A stretch of 64,000 nucleotides of DNA from Dehalococcoidia bacterium (lineage in GTDB: Bacteria; Chloroflexota; Dehalococcoidia; Lucifugimonadales; JAGWBF01), in the NCBI GenBank assembly GCA_963663025.1, contig OY760073.1:362538-426537 (forward strand), written 5' to 3'. Below the pieces are notes generated by a model that was not told where the DNA came from, made no database searches, and worked only from the letters and a program-made list of their open reading frames with translations. A program made the position numbers and the translations under genes. Shown here one piece after another: positions 22,317 to 31,994 of the stretch. Each line of letters opens with the position of its first letter. Position 1 is the stretch's first letter.

Positions 22317-24053
22317 CTATTTATTTACGCGGCAACTGATGATGTCTACGCCGTAGTATTTCCGGTGGTGTACTGACGATGCGTAGTGGCTCAGGATTCG
22401 GAGGGATAGTTGTTCTTCATCTTCCAGAGCTTGGCCCTCGCCCAGATAGGCCATACGATTCTCGATATTCCCTTGGCTGGCGTCGTCCGAAGCGACCACG
22501 ATTTCTATCTCGGCCGATCCGCTGTCGGGACGAATAGTGGCGACCAACCTGCGCTTCTGCGCGCCCGACCCGTCGTCCTCTTCATTGAGCAAGCTCAACA
22601 TGACCTCTTCTCCTACCAGGCGCAGCCTGTTTTTCCCTTCCTCCGTCCAATTGTGTTCATCGGCGAACCGGCAGAGAAAATCGTCAACGGCAGGCAAGGA
22701 GGACTGGGATAAGTCAACCATCACCTTCCTGGCGCGAAAACTTGACAGTTCGGTGAATATGGTCATCATGATGGCCGCCATACCGCCGACGACAATAGTG
22801 TTGCCTACCAGATGGCCGATAGTCCCTCCGAACAAGTCTTTGAAGGCCACAGCGGACAAGCCCAAAACCATAGACACTCCAGTGATGGCGGCCTTCTTCT
22901 GGTCAATTTGTCCCGTGAAGACCGTCTTGGCGCCCTCGATAAAAAGCATGCCGAAAATGATCACGTACACCGCGCTGACCACCGGACCGGGGATGGCGAC
23001 CAGCACGGCAAGCAACTTGGAAAAGAAGGCAACCACTATGGTCAAGAGTCCCAGATATACACCGACACTCGTGACAGCTACCCCGGTAAAGCCAATGTAA
23101 ACCGCCGTGGCCGACCACGGCGCCGCGACAGGCAAGGTTCCCAGGAGGCCTGAAAGAAGGGTGCCCACCCCATACACATTCAAGCCCCCCTGCACCGAGC
23201 GGAAATCGATGGCAGAACGAACCCGATAGGAAGCGCGGTAAATCACCGACAGGTCGCCAACTACTTTCATAAAGGCGGTAAGATTCACCAATACGAAGGC
23301 TGGGAGCAGGGCCCAGAAATCGGGGCCAAAGTTGAGGTCCAGCCCCGGCCACGAGAAGTGGGGCAGGCTCACCCAGGAAGCGTTAATTACGATGCCGGCA
23401 TCGTAAAAACCCAGTGGCACGGCCACAATCAGACCGACGGCTACGGTGGCCGGCAATATCCACATCCGCCAGAACGCTGTGCCTTGCAGGGCTATCAGGG
23501 CCCCAACCGCCAGGGCAGCCAATCCCGGCGCCAGGAAAAGCACGGTAGATTCGTTATTCGGCGGAATAACCGTTCTGCTGATGATGAAGGGCATGGCGGA
23601 AACCGCCACCAGCATGATCACTACCCCGCTCACCGTTTGCGTGAATATCCGCCGGAGCGAGGCAAGGCGCAGGGTCAAAACAGACTGAACCAGGGTGGAA
23701 ACCACCACCAAGCTGGTCAGCAAACCAGGCCCGCCGACATGGAGCGCCAAGGCGCTAACTGCCAGGAACGGAACATTGAAGTTTGCCACAATGAGGCGGC
23801 CCGAACCCACATAACGCAGCCGGAGAGCCTGCAGTATCATGCTAGCTCCTGTGACTGCCAGCACGGTAAACGTCACCCACGACAGATAGGCTTCCGATTG
23901 CCCAGATGCCCGCACCACCAACGCTGCCAGCATGACGAGGCCGATGGTGTTGGGAATGAATATCTGTAAAGCCGAGGATATTGCCAGTAGCGGCGGACAC
24001 TTCTCATCCGGTTCGTACTGGAATTCGCGTCGTCCTTGGGACTTAGGAAACAT
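22317..24053 (-). CDS. NCS2/SLC23-fold permease fused to a C-terminal degenerate HATPase_c_2-like domain
   Basis: YEPDEKCPP...LQ N-terminus, LRRIFTQTVSGVVIMLV, AIPGPVVSAV, many TM segments; soluble tail resembles the RsbW at 4469-4885. Confidence 0.85.
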   Translation of the reverse strand: MFPKSQGRREFQYEPDEKCPPLLAISSALQIFIPNTIGLVMLAALVVRASGQSEAYLSWVTFTVLAVTGASMILQALRLRYVGSGRLIVANFNVPFLAVSALALHVGGPGLLTSLVVVSTLVQSVLTLRLASLRRIFTQTVSGVVIMLVAVSAMPFIISRTVIPPNNESTVLFLAPGLAALAVGALIALQGTAFWRMWILPATVAVGLIVAVPLGFYDAGIVINASWVSLPHFSWPGLDLNFGPDFWALLPAFVLVNLTAFMKVVGDLSVIYRASYRVRSAIDFRSVQGGLNVYGVGTLLSGLLGTLPVAAPWSATAVYIGFTGVAVTSVGVYLGLLTIVVAFFSKLLAVLVAIPGPVVSAVYVIIFGMLFIEGAKTVFTGQIDQKKAAITGVSMVLGLSAVAFKDLFGGTIGHLVGNTIVVGGMAAIMMTIFTELSSFRARKVMVDLSQSSLPAVDDFLCRFADEHNWTEEGKNRLRLVGEEVMLSLLNEEDDGSGAQKRRLVATIRPDSGSAEIEIVVASDDASQGNIENRMAYLGEGQALEDEEQLSLRILSHYASSVHHRKYYGVDIISCRVNK

Positions 24054-24163
24054 AAGATGATACCCAATCCTAATACTATCCGAGATATTGCTATATCGCC
24101 GCTACCCGACCGTCGGCAAATATGATGTAATATATCAGTACTATATTCTAGAGAGGGTCAATC

Positions 24164-27100
24164 TTGCGAAACTATCAAGAGAACAAGACTCAGGCGAATG
24201 GGACAGGATTAAAGCATCGGCGGTCGCCTGCCGGCGTGATCCTGCTGACATTGCTGCTTGCTTTGGCTTCTGTGGTGGTATTCAGCATGGCCTGTGGAGG
24301 TGATCCCACAGCAACGCCTACTGCAACCCTGGATCCCACGGCGACTCCTATGCCGACCGTCGCGCCCACGGCGACCTTGGAGCCTACTGCCGCGCCGACT
24401 CCAACCCCAGAACCGGAGCCCGTCGATGACGACGACGCCCTGACCCAAGCCTACGTGGAGAAGGCTGTCGCCTACTACGACGCTAACGGACGGGACGCGA
24501 CAGTCGAATACTACAAGAGCGAAGAGAGTATTGAGGGAGGCCGGTATCTGTACTTAATCAGCGATGATGGCGTCCTGCTGGCAATGCCGTTCTTTCATCA
24601 CTTCCTGGGAAGCAGGCACGAGTCCATCACGCCTTTCCTGGGAATCGCTGCGGAGGACGGCGCTTGGTATGATGGCCAGGGGCTCTATGTAGCGGAGACG
24701 GACACCGGCATTACAACCAGGCAGGGGCCAATGCGGCACTACCTTGCCCTGCGAGACGGCCTCATCTTCGTGTCAGGCCACTCCACCCTGCAGGAGAACC
24801 TGGCAGAAGCCGCGATGGATTACGTGAGCCGCGCTATAGCCCTCTACGAAAGTGAAGGGCTGGATGCGACGGTTGCCAACTACAACAGGCCCGACAGCCT
24901 GGAGGGGAACTTCTACCTGTTCCTGATAGGGGCTAACGACCTCTACCTGGCCCATCCCGTATTCCCGCACCTGATAGGGACCGACATCAAAGATGTGGTC
25001 GGATCAGACGGCCAGGAGTTGGGCAAAGAGATAGCCCAGGCAACCGAGGCCGGGATGTGGGTGGAGTACCTGTGGCCCAACCCGGTCACCCGGGTGGAGG
25101 AGCCCAAGACCACCTGGGTCATCCGCCACGACGGCCTGATCTTCGCCTCCGGTTACTACGCCGTGGGCGAAACGCAGGAGACGCCCGCCTGGCAGGGCGC
25201 GGACCCCCGCGAGTACACCGTGCAGTACGTGGAAAGGGCGATAGAGCGTTACGAGCGGGACGGCCTGGAACCCACCCTCAATTATTACAACAGCGTCGCC
25301 AGCTTTGAGGGCGAGTGGTATCTCTTTGCCACCGACGAGAACGACATCTATCATGTACACCCGCTGATTCCCCGCTTGCTAGGCACGGACATCAAGGATG
25401 TGGTGGGTTCCGACGGCTACGAGCTGGGCAATGAGCTGGCCAAGGCCGGAGAGGGAGAAGGCGTGTGGGTGGAGTACCTGTGGCCCCATCCGGTAACGCT
25501 TAAGGAAGTCCCCAAGGTCGGATACGCGGTGCGCCGGGACGGGATGATATTCGCATCCGGCTACTATCCGGGCGTCGCGGATCCGGCGACCTACACCCGG
25601 GCCTACGTCCAGAAGGCTATGGACTACTATGACAACCAGGGCCTGGAGGCCACGGTTACCCATTACAACAGCCCTGAGAGCATAGACGGCTCTTACTGGC
25701 TGATGATGGTCGATCCCCAGGGCGTCATAGCCGTGGCGGGTGGGGAGCCGGTCATGGTTGGCCTGAACGCCAGCCAGTTCCGGGGGATCGTGGCCGGAGA
25801 GCCAATTGGCGAATCGCTCCTAAGCGCCACCGAGGAAGGCCACTGGTTTAGGTACCTGTGGCCCAACCCCAGGACGGCGGGGCAGTTGACGGTGTACCTC
25901 TGGATAATACGCCACGACGGATACGTCTTCGCGTCCGCCTATTACGTTGAGGGCGACGTGGACGCGCCGCCGCCCGCCGATTCCGACGAGGCGCTGACCC
26001 GCGCTTACGTAGAGAAGGCTATCGAACGCTACCAGAGCGACGGGCGGGAGGCAGCGTTCGCCTACTACAACAGCCGAGAGAGCCACGAAGGAGAGCGGGC
26101 TCTGTTCGTCATCGACGAAGACTCCCTATTGAGCGTCGCTCCCTTCCCGGCGTTGGTAGGGTCTCCCCTGGGCCTCGGTACAGGGGCCTTTCCCGCCCGA
26201 GAGGAAATTACCGAAGAAGGGATCTGGGCCAACTTGGTTGGCTTGAATCCTGCCACCGGCGCTCAGTCGCCGATGCGAGCCATCTTTATCCTGCACGACG
26301 GCTTGGTATTCGCCTCAGGACACTTTCCCGTGCGGGAAAATGTCGAGGAGGCCACACAGGATTACGTCAACAGGGCGATTAAGCTTTACCAACGCGACGG
26401 CCTCGACGCCACCGTTGACTACTACAACAGTCAGGCCAGCCTGGAAGGACAGTTATACCTGTTCCTCATAGACGCCGACGACAAATACGTGGCCCATCCC
26501 ATATTCCCTCACCTCATCGGGACGGACATCAAGGACGTGATAGGCTCTGACGGCCAGGAGCTGGGCAAGGAGATAGCCCAGGCCACCCCGGAAGGAATCT
26601 GGGTGGAGTACCTCTGGCCCCATCCGGTCAGCCGCAAAGAAGGGGAGAAGGTCACTTGGGCCATTCGTCACGACGGGATGATATTCGCCTCCGGCTACTA
26701 CGCCGGACGAGACGTCGAAGGCGAAGCGGCGCCGTGGGAAGGGGTCGACCCGCGCGAGTACACAGAGGACTACGTGAATCGCGCCATTGAGCGTTACGAG
26801 CGCGACGGCCTGGAATCCATGCTCAACTACTACAACAGCGTTGCCAGCTTTGAGGGAGAATGGTACCTGTTCGCTACGGACGAAAACGACATCTACATCG
26901 TTCACGCGCTGTTCCCCCGTCTTAAAGGGACCGACATTAAGAATGCGGTGGGTTCCGATGGCTACGAGCTGGGCAAGGCGTTTGCCGCGGCCCGGGATGG
27001 CGGCGAAGGAGTCTGGGTGGAGTACCTGTGGCCCCATCCGGTAACGCTCAAGGAAGTTCGCAAGGTGGGCTACGCGGTGCGCCGTGATGGAATGATCTTC

Positions 27101-29077
27101 GCCTCGGGCTACTACCCCGAAATTGATGACCCCGCGGCCTACACGCAGGGATACGTCGCTGATGCCATTGACTACTATGAAGCCAACGGGTTGGACGGCA
27201 CCGTCGAGTATTACAACAGCCCGGAGAGTGTTGACAGCCAGTGGTGGCTGACCCTGATTGATGAGAACTACCTGTACATAGCGGATGCCTACTTCCCGCA
27301 TCTGATTGGCACTGACGGCAGGCACAGAGACTCGCCCATAGGTATTGACGACGGCGTTATGTTGACGACGGCCACGGAGAAAGGCGCCTGGCATGACACT
27401 CCCTGGTTCAACCCGAATACATCGGAGAAATTGCAGAGAAACTTGTGGGTGGTTCGCCACGAAGGACTGATCTTCATTTCCAGCTACTTCACCGCGGTGG
27501 GAGAACCCGGCCCTGGGGAGTCTGCGGACGACGCGCTGACCCGCGCCTATGTGGAGAAGGTCATCGCCTACTACGACACCAACGGTCGGGACGCGACGGT
27601 CGAATACTACAGGTCCGAAGCCGCCGTTGAAGACGGGAGGCCCCTGACCATCATAGACGCCGAGGAAAGCGTGCTGCTGGTCCACAGCGCGCTACGCGCC
27701 CTGGAGGGCCAGTACGTGGGACCCCAGTCAAGGTTCCCCGGTTTGCGGCAGTTGATAGACATAGCCACTGAAGAGGGCCGCTGGGATACCGCTCGCGGCA
27801 TCAACCCGGCCACCAAGCAGGAAGAGCCGCGGCGAATCCTCGCCGTCCTTCACGACGGCTTGGTGTTCGCCTCCAGCCATTCCGCTTTGACGGAGGATGT
27901 GGCGAATTCTACCCAGGAGTACGTGAACAAGGCCATTGCCAGGTACGAACAGGAGGGGCTGGACGCCACCATCGCCCACTACAATGGCCAAGACAGCCTG
28001 GACGGCCAGTTCTACCTATTCCTCATCGGCGCAGACGACCTCTACCTTGCCCATCCCATATTCCCGCACCTGATAGGGACCGACATCAAGGATGTGGTGG
28101 GGTCCGACGGGCAGGAATTGGGCAAAGAGATAGCCCAGGCTACCGAACAGGGCATCTGGGTGGATTACCTGTGGCCCCATCCCGTATCCAGGAAGGAACA
28201 GCATAAGGTCACCTGGGCCATCCGCCACGACGGGCTGATCTTCGCCTCAGGCTATTACGCCGGAGGGCCGGAGACGGGAACCCCCGCCTGGCAGGACGCC
28301 GACCCGAGGGAATACACTGTGGAGTACGTGGAGCGGGCTGTTGAGCGTTACCAGCGCGACGGCTTAGAGTCCCTGCTTAACTACTACAACAGCGTCGCCA
28401 GCTTCGAGGGCGAATGGTACCTGTTCGCTACTGATGAGAACGACATCTATCATGTGCATCCGTTGTTGCCGCGCTTGATAGGGACGGACATCAAGGATGT
28501 GGTGGGTTCCGACGACTACGAGCTGGGCGAGGAGCTTGCCAAGGCCCCGGATGGAGGGGAAGGCGTCTGGGTGGAGTACCTGTGGCCTCATCCGGTGACG
28601 CTGCAAGAAGTCTCCAAGGTGGGCTACGCTGTGCGTCGTGACGGAATGCTCTTCGCCTCGGGCTACTACCCGCAAGTTGAAGACCCGGCGGGCCAGACCA
28701 GGGACTATGTGCAGCAGGCTATCGATTATTACGAGGCCAACGGTTTGGACGCCACCATCGCCCACTACAACAGCCAGGAGAGTGTCGACGGTCAGTGGAG
28801 CTTAACCATGGCCGATGAGAACGACGTTGTGCGCGTCGCTGTCCTCTCTCCACACCTGATAGGCACTGACTTGAAAGACTTGGCCCGGGGCCGGGTTCGG
28901 CAGATTGGCGAAGAGTTGGCGGCAGCCACGGAGGAAGGCGTATGGGTCAGCCACCTCTTCCCCAACACCAGGTCGTCGGAGACGCTGTACGCGCATAACT
29001 GGGCCATCCGCTACGACGGGCTGCTCTTCACGTCGCGCTACTACGACGACCAGGCTGACGTTCAAGATATGCCTTAA
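24164..29077 (+). CDS. giant lipoprotein with 12 tandem single-Cache (sCache_2-like) domains
   Basis: Signal peptide with FSMAC lipobox, PTAT linker, 12 repeats of YV..AI..Y...G......YN...DG(L/M)IFASGYY; B and C repeats carry YLF...HP...GTDIKD...WVEYLWP.P...K. Confidence 0.88.
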   Translation: MRNYQENKTQANGTGLKHRRSPAGVILLTLLLALASVVVFSMACGGDPTATPTATLDPTATPMPTVAPTATLEPTAAPTPTPEPEPVDDDDALTQAYVEKAVAYYDANGRDATVEYYKSEESIEGGRYLYLISDDGVLLAMPFFHHFLGSRHESITPFLGIAAEDGAWYDGQGLYVAETDTGITTRQGPMRHYLALRDGLIFVSGHSTLQENLAEAAMDYVSRAIALYESEGLDATVANYNRPDSLEGNFYLFLIGANDLYLAHPVFPHLIGTDIKDVVGSDGQELGKEIAQATEAGMWVEYLWPNPVTRVEEPKTTWVIRHDGLIFASGYYAVGETQETPAWQGADPREYTVQYVERAIERYERDGLEPTLNYYNSVASFEGEWYLFATDENDIYHVHPLIPRLLGTDIKDVVGSDGYELGNELAKAGEGEGVWVEYLWPHPVTLKEVPKVGYAVRRDGMIFASGYYPGVADPATYTRAYVQKAMDYYDNQGLEATVTHYNSPESIDGSYWLMMVDPQGVIAVAGGEPVMVGLNASQFRGIVAGEPIGESLLSATEEGHWFRYLWPNPRTAGQLTVYLWIIRHDGYVFASAYYVEGDVDAPPPADSDEALTRAYVEKAIERYQSDGREAAFAYYNSRESHEGERALFVIDEDSLLSVAPFPALVGSPLGLGTGAFPAREEITEEGIWANLVGLNPATGAQSPMRAIFILHDGLVFASGHFPVRENVEEATQDYVNRAIKLYQRDGLDATVDYYNSQASLEGQLYLFLIDADDKYVAHPIFPHLIGTDIKDVIGSDGQELGKEIAQATPEGIWVEYLWPHPVSRKEGEKVTWAIRHDGMIFASGYYAGRDVEGEAAPWEGVDPREYTEDYVNRAIERYERDGLESMLNYYNSVASFEGEWYLFATDENDIYIVHALFPRLKGTDIKNAVGSDGYELGKAFAAARDGGEGVWVEYLWPHPVTLKEVRKVGYAVRRDGMIFASGYYPEIDDPAAYTQGYVADAIDYYEANGLDGTVEYYNSPESVDSQWWLTLIDENYLYIADAYFPHLIGTDGRHRDSPIGIDDGVMLTTATEKGAWHDTPWFNPNTSEKLQRNLWVVRHEGLIFISSYFTAVGEPGPGESADDALTRAYVEKVIAYYDTNGRDATVEYYRSEAAVEDGRPLTIIDAEESVLLVHSALRALEGQYVGPQSRFPGLRQLIDIATEEGRWDTARGINPATKQEEPRRILAVLHDGLVFASSHSALTEDVANSTQEYVNKAIARYEQEGLDATIAHYNGQDSLDGQFYLFLIGADDLYLAHPIFPHLIGTDIKDVVGSDGQELGKEIAQATEQGIWVDYLWPHPVSRKEQHKVTWAIRHDGLIFASGYYAGGPETGTPAWQDADPREYTVEYVERAVERYQRDGLESLLNYYNSVASFEGEWYLFATDENDIYHVHPLLPRLIGTDIKDVVGSDDYELGEELAKAPDGGEGVWVEYLWPHPVTLQEVSKVGYAVRRDGMLFASGYYPQVEDPAGQTRDYVQQAIDYYEANGLDATIAHYNSQESVDGQWSLTMADENDVVRVAVLSPHLIGTDLKDLARGRVRQIGEELAAATEEGVWVSHLFPNTRSSETLYAHNWAIRYDGLLFTSRYYDDQADVQDMP
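24428..29050 (+). repeat. three intragenic super-repeats of about 1.55 kb (starts near 24428, 25985, 27527)
   Basis: D(D/E)ALT(Q/R)AYVEK occurs three times; near-identical DNA blocks such as tacaacagcgtcgccagctttgagggcgagtggta recur three times. Confidence 0.92.
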
Positions 29078-29094
29078 CGAAAAGGGTTCTTGGC

Positions 29095-29493
29095 TTAGTC
29101 AATTGTAGCGGGCCAGTGGCCTGGCACGGGGAAGGCTTCGTCGTTGCCAGGCCACGGCGGCATGGTCACGATCAGGAACCGCAGTGAGCGGTCGCCCGTT
29201 GCCCTGAACTGGAAGTGGGCGCCAGCCGGAATGGACAGGCTCCCGCCCGGGGCAACGTCCACGACCCGCTCCTCTCCACCGTGCCTCCGCCAAACCTGGC
29301 CTGTGCCCTCCAGGAAGTACCAGACCTCCTCGACGGTCCTGTGCGCTACAGCGATCGACACCTCTCCTGGATTCAGGGTGCAGTGGACCATGCTTCCCCG
29401 GCTTGTCTCTGACAGCAGCCGGATCTCCGAACCGTCCGGGGCAACGATGTCCCGGTCCTTGGCAAGCTCCTTGTAGTCCAGTTCGTGTTTCAT
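29095..29493 (-). CDS. cupin domain protein (mannose-6-phosphate isomerase-like)
   Basis: APDGSEIRLL, HRTVEEVWYFLEG, HFQFR, TMPPWPG. Confidence 0.88.
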   Translation of the reverse strand: MKHELDYKELAKDRDIVAPDGSEIRLLSETSRGSMVHCTLNPGEVSIAVAHRTVEEVWYFLEGTGQVWRRHGGEERVVDVAPGGSLSIPAGAHFQFRATGDRSLRFLIVTMPPWPGNDEAFPVPGHWPATID

Positions 29494-29672
29494 GCTGGCT
29501 AACCTGCTGCTTTGGGCAATCATACCGCACCACAGGGGCCGCTGCCCTACTTCACGCCTGTCCTTGAATCAGCGCTGTTCTATACTGGCGCTTACAAGGC
29601 AGGGGCCCGGTAGACTTGACAGCGTCCTGCGACGATGCTGACATGGCCTGTAGTCCCGTAGAGGAGCCGACC

Positions 29673-30122
29673 ATGCCTACCTATAAGCGTCTCATCATCG
29701 CATGGCTCTTCGTTCCCATGCACCGGCTCCTGCTCCGCCTCTCCAGGGGCCGGCTACTCGGCAGTTTGGAAGGCCATGGAGTCCTGGTCCTTGTGACTAA
29801 GGGACGCAAGACCGGCAAGCCGCGGTCGTCGCCCCTGATGTACTTCCAGTTCGAAGAGTCAAGCGACCTCATTGTCGTTGCTTCCAACTACGGCCAGGAC
29901 CATCATCCGGCTTGGTACCTGAACATCGCGGCGGACCCAGCCGTTATCGTCGAAACCAAGGGGGAGCGGTTCCCCGCCCAGGCTCGCATCACCCGGGGTG
30001 AGGAACGGGCCTCGCTGTACGACAAAACTGCTGCGGCCAACCCGCGCTTTTCCCGCTATCGGGCTGCTACCCATCGCCAGATTCCGATAATCGCGCTTCG
30101 TCGGACCTCTCCGACAGCTTGA
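29673..30122 (+). CDS. deazaflavin (F420)-dependent nitroreductase family protein (Ddn-like)
   Basis: LVTKGRKTGKPR, VVASNYG..HHPAWYLNI, RQIPII. Confidence 0.92.
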   Translation: MPTYKRLIIAWLFVPMHRLLLRLSRGRLLGSLEGHGVLVLVTKGRKTGKPRSSPLMYFQFEESSDLIVVASNYGQDHHPAWYLNIAADPAVIVETKGERFPAQARITRGEERASLYDKTAAANPRFSRYRAATHRQIPIIALRRTSPTA

Positions 30123-30249
30123 GATGCGTTGAGGGTGAAGAGGCTCAGACATCTCATAACGGGTGTTGGTGCGTCCTTGACTAAGCCAACATACGGTGGC
30201 TTACTGAAGGCTGGCCTCGGTCAGCGCCGAAATCTCGTGGAGGAATGCG

Positions 30250-30891
30250 ATGGAGAACGGTCAGGCCAGTGCGTATCCGGTCCAGTACAGCGTGGACTAT
30301 CCCGAAGGCGCCAGGAACAGGCTGAGCGCCCTCCTCAGGATAATCCTTGTTATCCCGATACTCGTGGTTATCGCCCTTGTGAGCGGCTACACGTCCAGTG
30401 GCGATCTGGAAATCGATGAAGCCATCTCTCCCCTGTTTGCAGGTGGCATTGTGTGGACTGCCACGCTGCTGATGCTCCTGTTCAGGAAAAAGTACCCTCG
30501 CTGGTGGTTCGACTGGAACCTGGAGCTGCAGAGATTCAGCGCCCGGGTAGGTTCGTTCCTTTTCCTTCTGCGGGATGAGTACCCTTCCACCGACGAAGAG
30601 CAGGCCGTCCACCTCGACATCCCATACCCCAACGCCCAAGAGGAGTTGAACAGGTTCCTGCCCATCGTAAAGTGGCTGTTGGCCATCCCTCACTATGTGG
30701 CGCTAATTGTTCTAGGTGTGGTTGCATTGATAGTCACGGTCTTCGCTTGGCTGTCGATACTGGTAACCGGAAGCTATCCCAGGGGGATGTTTGACTTTGT
30801 GGTTGGAGTAGGCCGGTGGGGATTCAGGGTAACTGCCTATGCGGCCCTGCTGACCACGGACAGGTATCCCCCGTTCCGGCTCGGAAACTAA
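30250..30891 (+). CDS. DUF4389 membrane protein
   Basis: Duplicated KYPRWWFDW / SYPRGMFDF, DEYPS / TDRYPPF, KWLLAIPHY. Confidence 0.88.
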   Translation: MENGQASAYPVQYSVDYPEGARNRLSALLRIILVIPILVVIALVSGYTSSGDLEIDEAISPLFAGGIVWTATLLMLLFRKKYPRWWFDWNLELQRFSARVGSFLFLLRDEYPSTDEEQAVHLDIPYPNAQEELNRFLPIVKWLLAIPHYVALIVLGVVALIVTVFAWLSILVTGSYPRGMFDFVVGVGRWGFRVTAYAALLTTDRYPPFRLGN

Positions 30892-31096
30892 TGGCAATCC
30901 TCTAGTAGCTAGGTTGCGTGGCTGTGGGAAACCTGTCGGCGTCCCACTTGCCTTTCGCTGGTATCCTGGGTCTATTTATAGGTGGGCGCACTGCTTTACT
31001 ATTGCAATGCCACGACGCTAGCGGCAGGATGTACGCTGGGAGGGATCGGACCTAACGGGTCCTTCCCATGGCATCACACATCAAGGAGGTCCAATC

Positions 31097-31777
31097 ATGG
31101 GCACAATAGCTGTGAACCGGCTGGCGGGTCTGTCCCTCATATTCGGCCCGTTAATCGCCTTCATCTTCTTCCTCATAGAGCCGGGCGGGTTGCTGATAGA
31201 CAGCGCCGATGTGTCGGACTCTGTTAGCAATATAATGGCCAAGGGTTCCAACGCCGCGCTGACCAATGTGACCAACATCGCGATAATCCTTGGCTTGGCC
31301 CTGATCCTCTCGGGCCTCTACGCGTTGATGCGGAACGTAACCCTGCAGGGCAACGGCAAGGCGTTGGTCCAGATGGGCTTCTTCATGATCTTCGTCGGAC
31401 TGGCCGGGTGGATTCTGGCCGGGGGCATGGACTTCATCCTGGCCGATGCCCAAACCCCTGAACAGATCCAGGGAAGCGTTCCCGTTTACTACGCCGGCTC
31501 CGCTCTCCTCTACGCCGGTGGGATCACGCTAGGGTTTGGCGGGTTCATCTTCGCGTTGGGGCTCTCCACGAGGGACGACTTCAACCGGATAATCTCCCTG
31601 CTGGCTGCCCTTGTCAGCCTGGCCATAATGGTCTTTTTCGTGGTAGCCATACTCTACAACGACGGCCGCGATCCCTTTATCACCCTGGCCCGGGGCTTCT
31701 ACGTGCTGCTGGTGATCTGGTATGGATATCTGGGCGTCGGGCTAATGAAACGACCCGATCCCGACCTGTGGCAATAA
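31097..31777 (+). CDS. hypothetical multi-pass membrane protein
   Basis: AAGGAGG RBS; about 6 TM segments. Confidence 0.8.
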   Translation: MGTIAVNRLAGLSLIFGPLIAFIFFLIEPGGLLIDSADVSDSVSNIMAKGSNAALTNVTNIAIILGLALILSGLYALMRNVTLQGNGKALVQMGFFMIFVGLAGWILAGGMDFILADAQTPEQIQGSVPVYYAGSALLYAGGITLGFGGFIFALGLSTRDDFNRIISLLAALVSLAIMVFFVVAILYNDGRDPFITLARGFYVLLVIWYGYLGVGLMKRPDPDLWQ

Positions 31778-31788
31778 ACGGAGACTAG

Positions 31789-31825
31789 GCTGCCGTCCGC
31801 TGACCCGAGGTCAGCGGACGGCAGC
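31789..31825 (+). terminator. perfect GC-rich hairpin between convergent genes
   Basis: gctgccgtccgctgacc-cga-ggtcagcggacggcagc; no U-tract, so terminator function is uncertain. Confidence 0.5.
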
Positions 31826-31994
31826 TGGACACAAGCGGTCTTCAAGAGCGGGGCTTGGCACAACCTCGGCGAAACTTGCTCACCCTCAGCCTATCGAAGG
31901 GTTTAGGGGGGCATGGCTTTGAAGTGGTCCAGGAGCCTTCTTCCATCGTGGGTGTTACTGACCATGTTCAGGACCAGCGGGACTGCCCCGGCGC

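Noticed and set aside
24428-29050. Diversity-generating retroelement behind the variable Cache units
   Set aside because: No reverse transcriptase or template repeat in the window; differences are not adenine-specific and include indels
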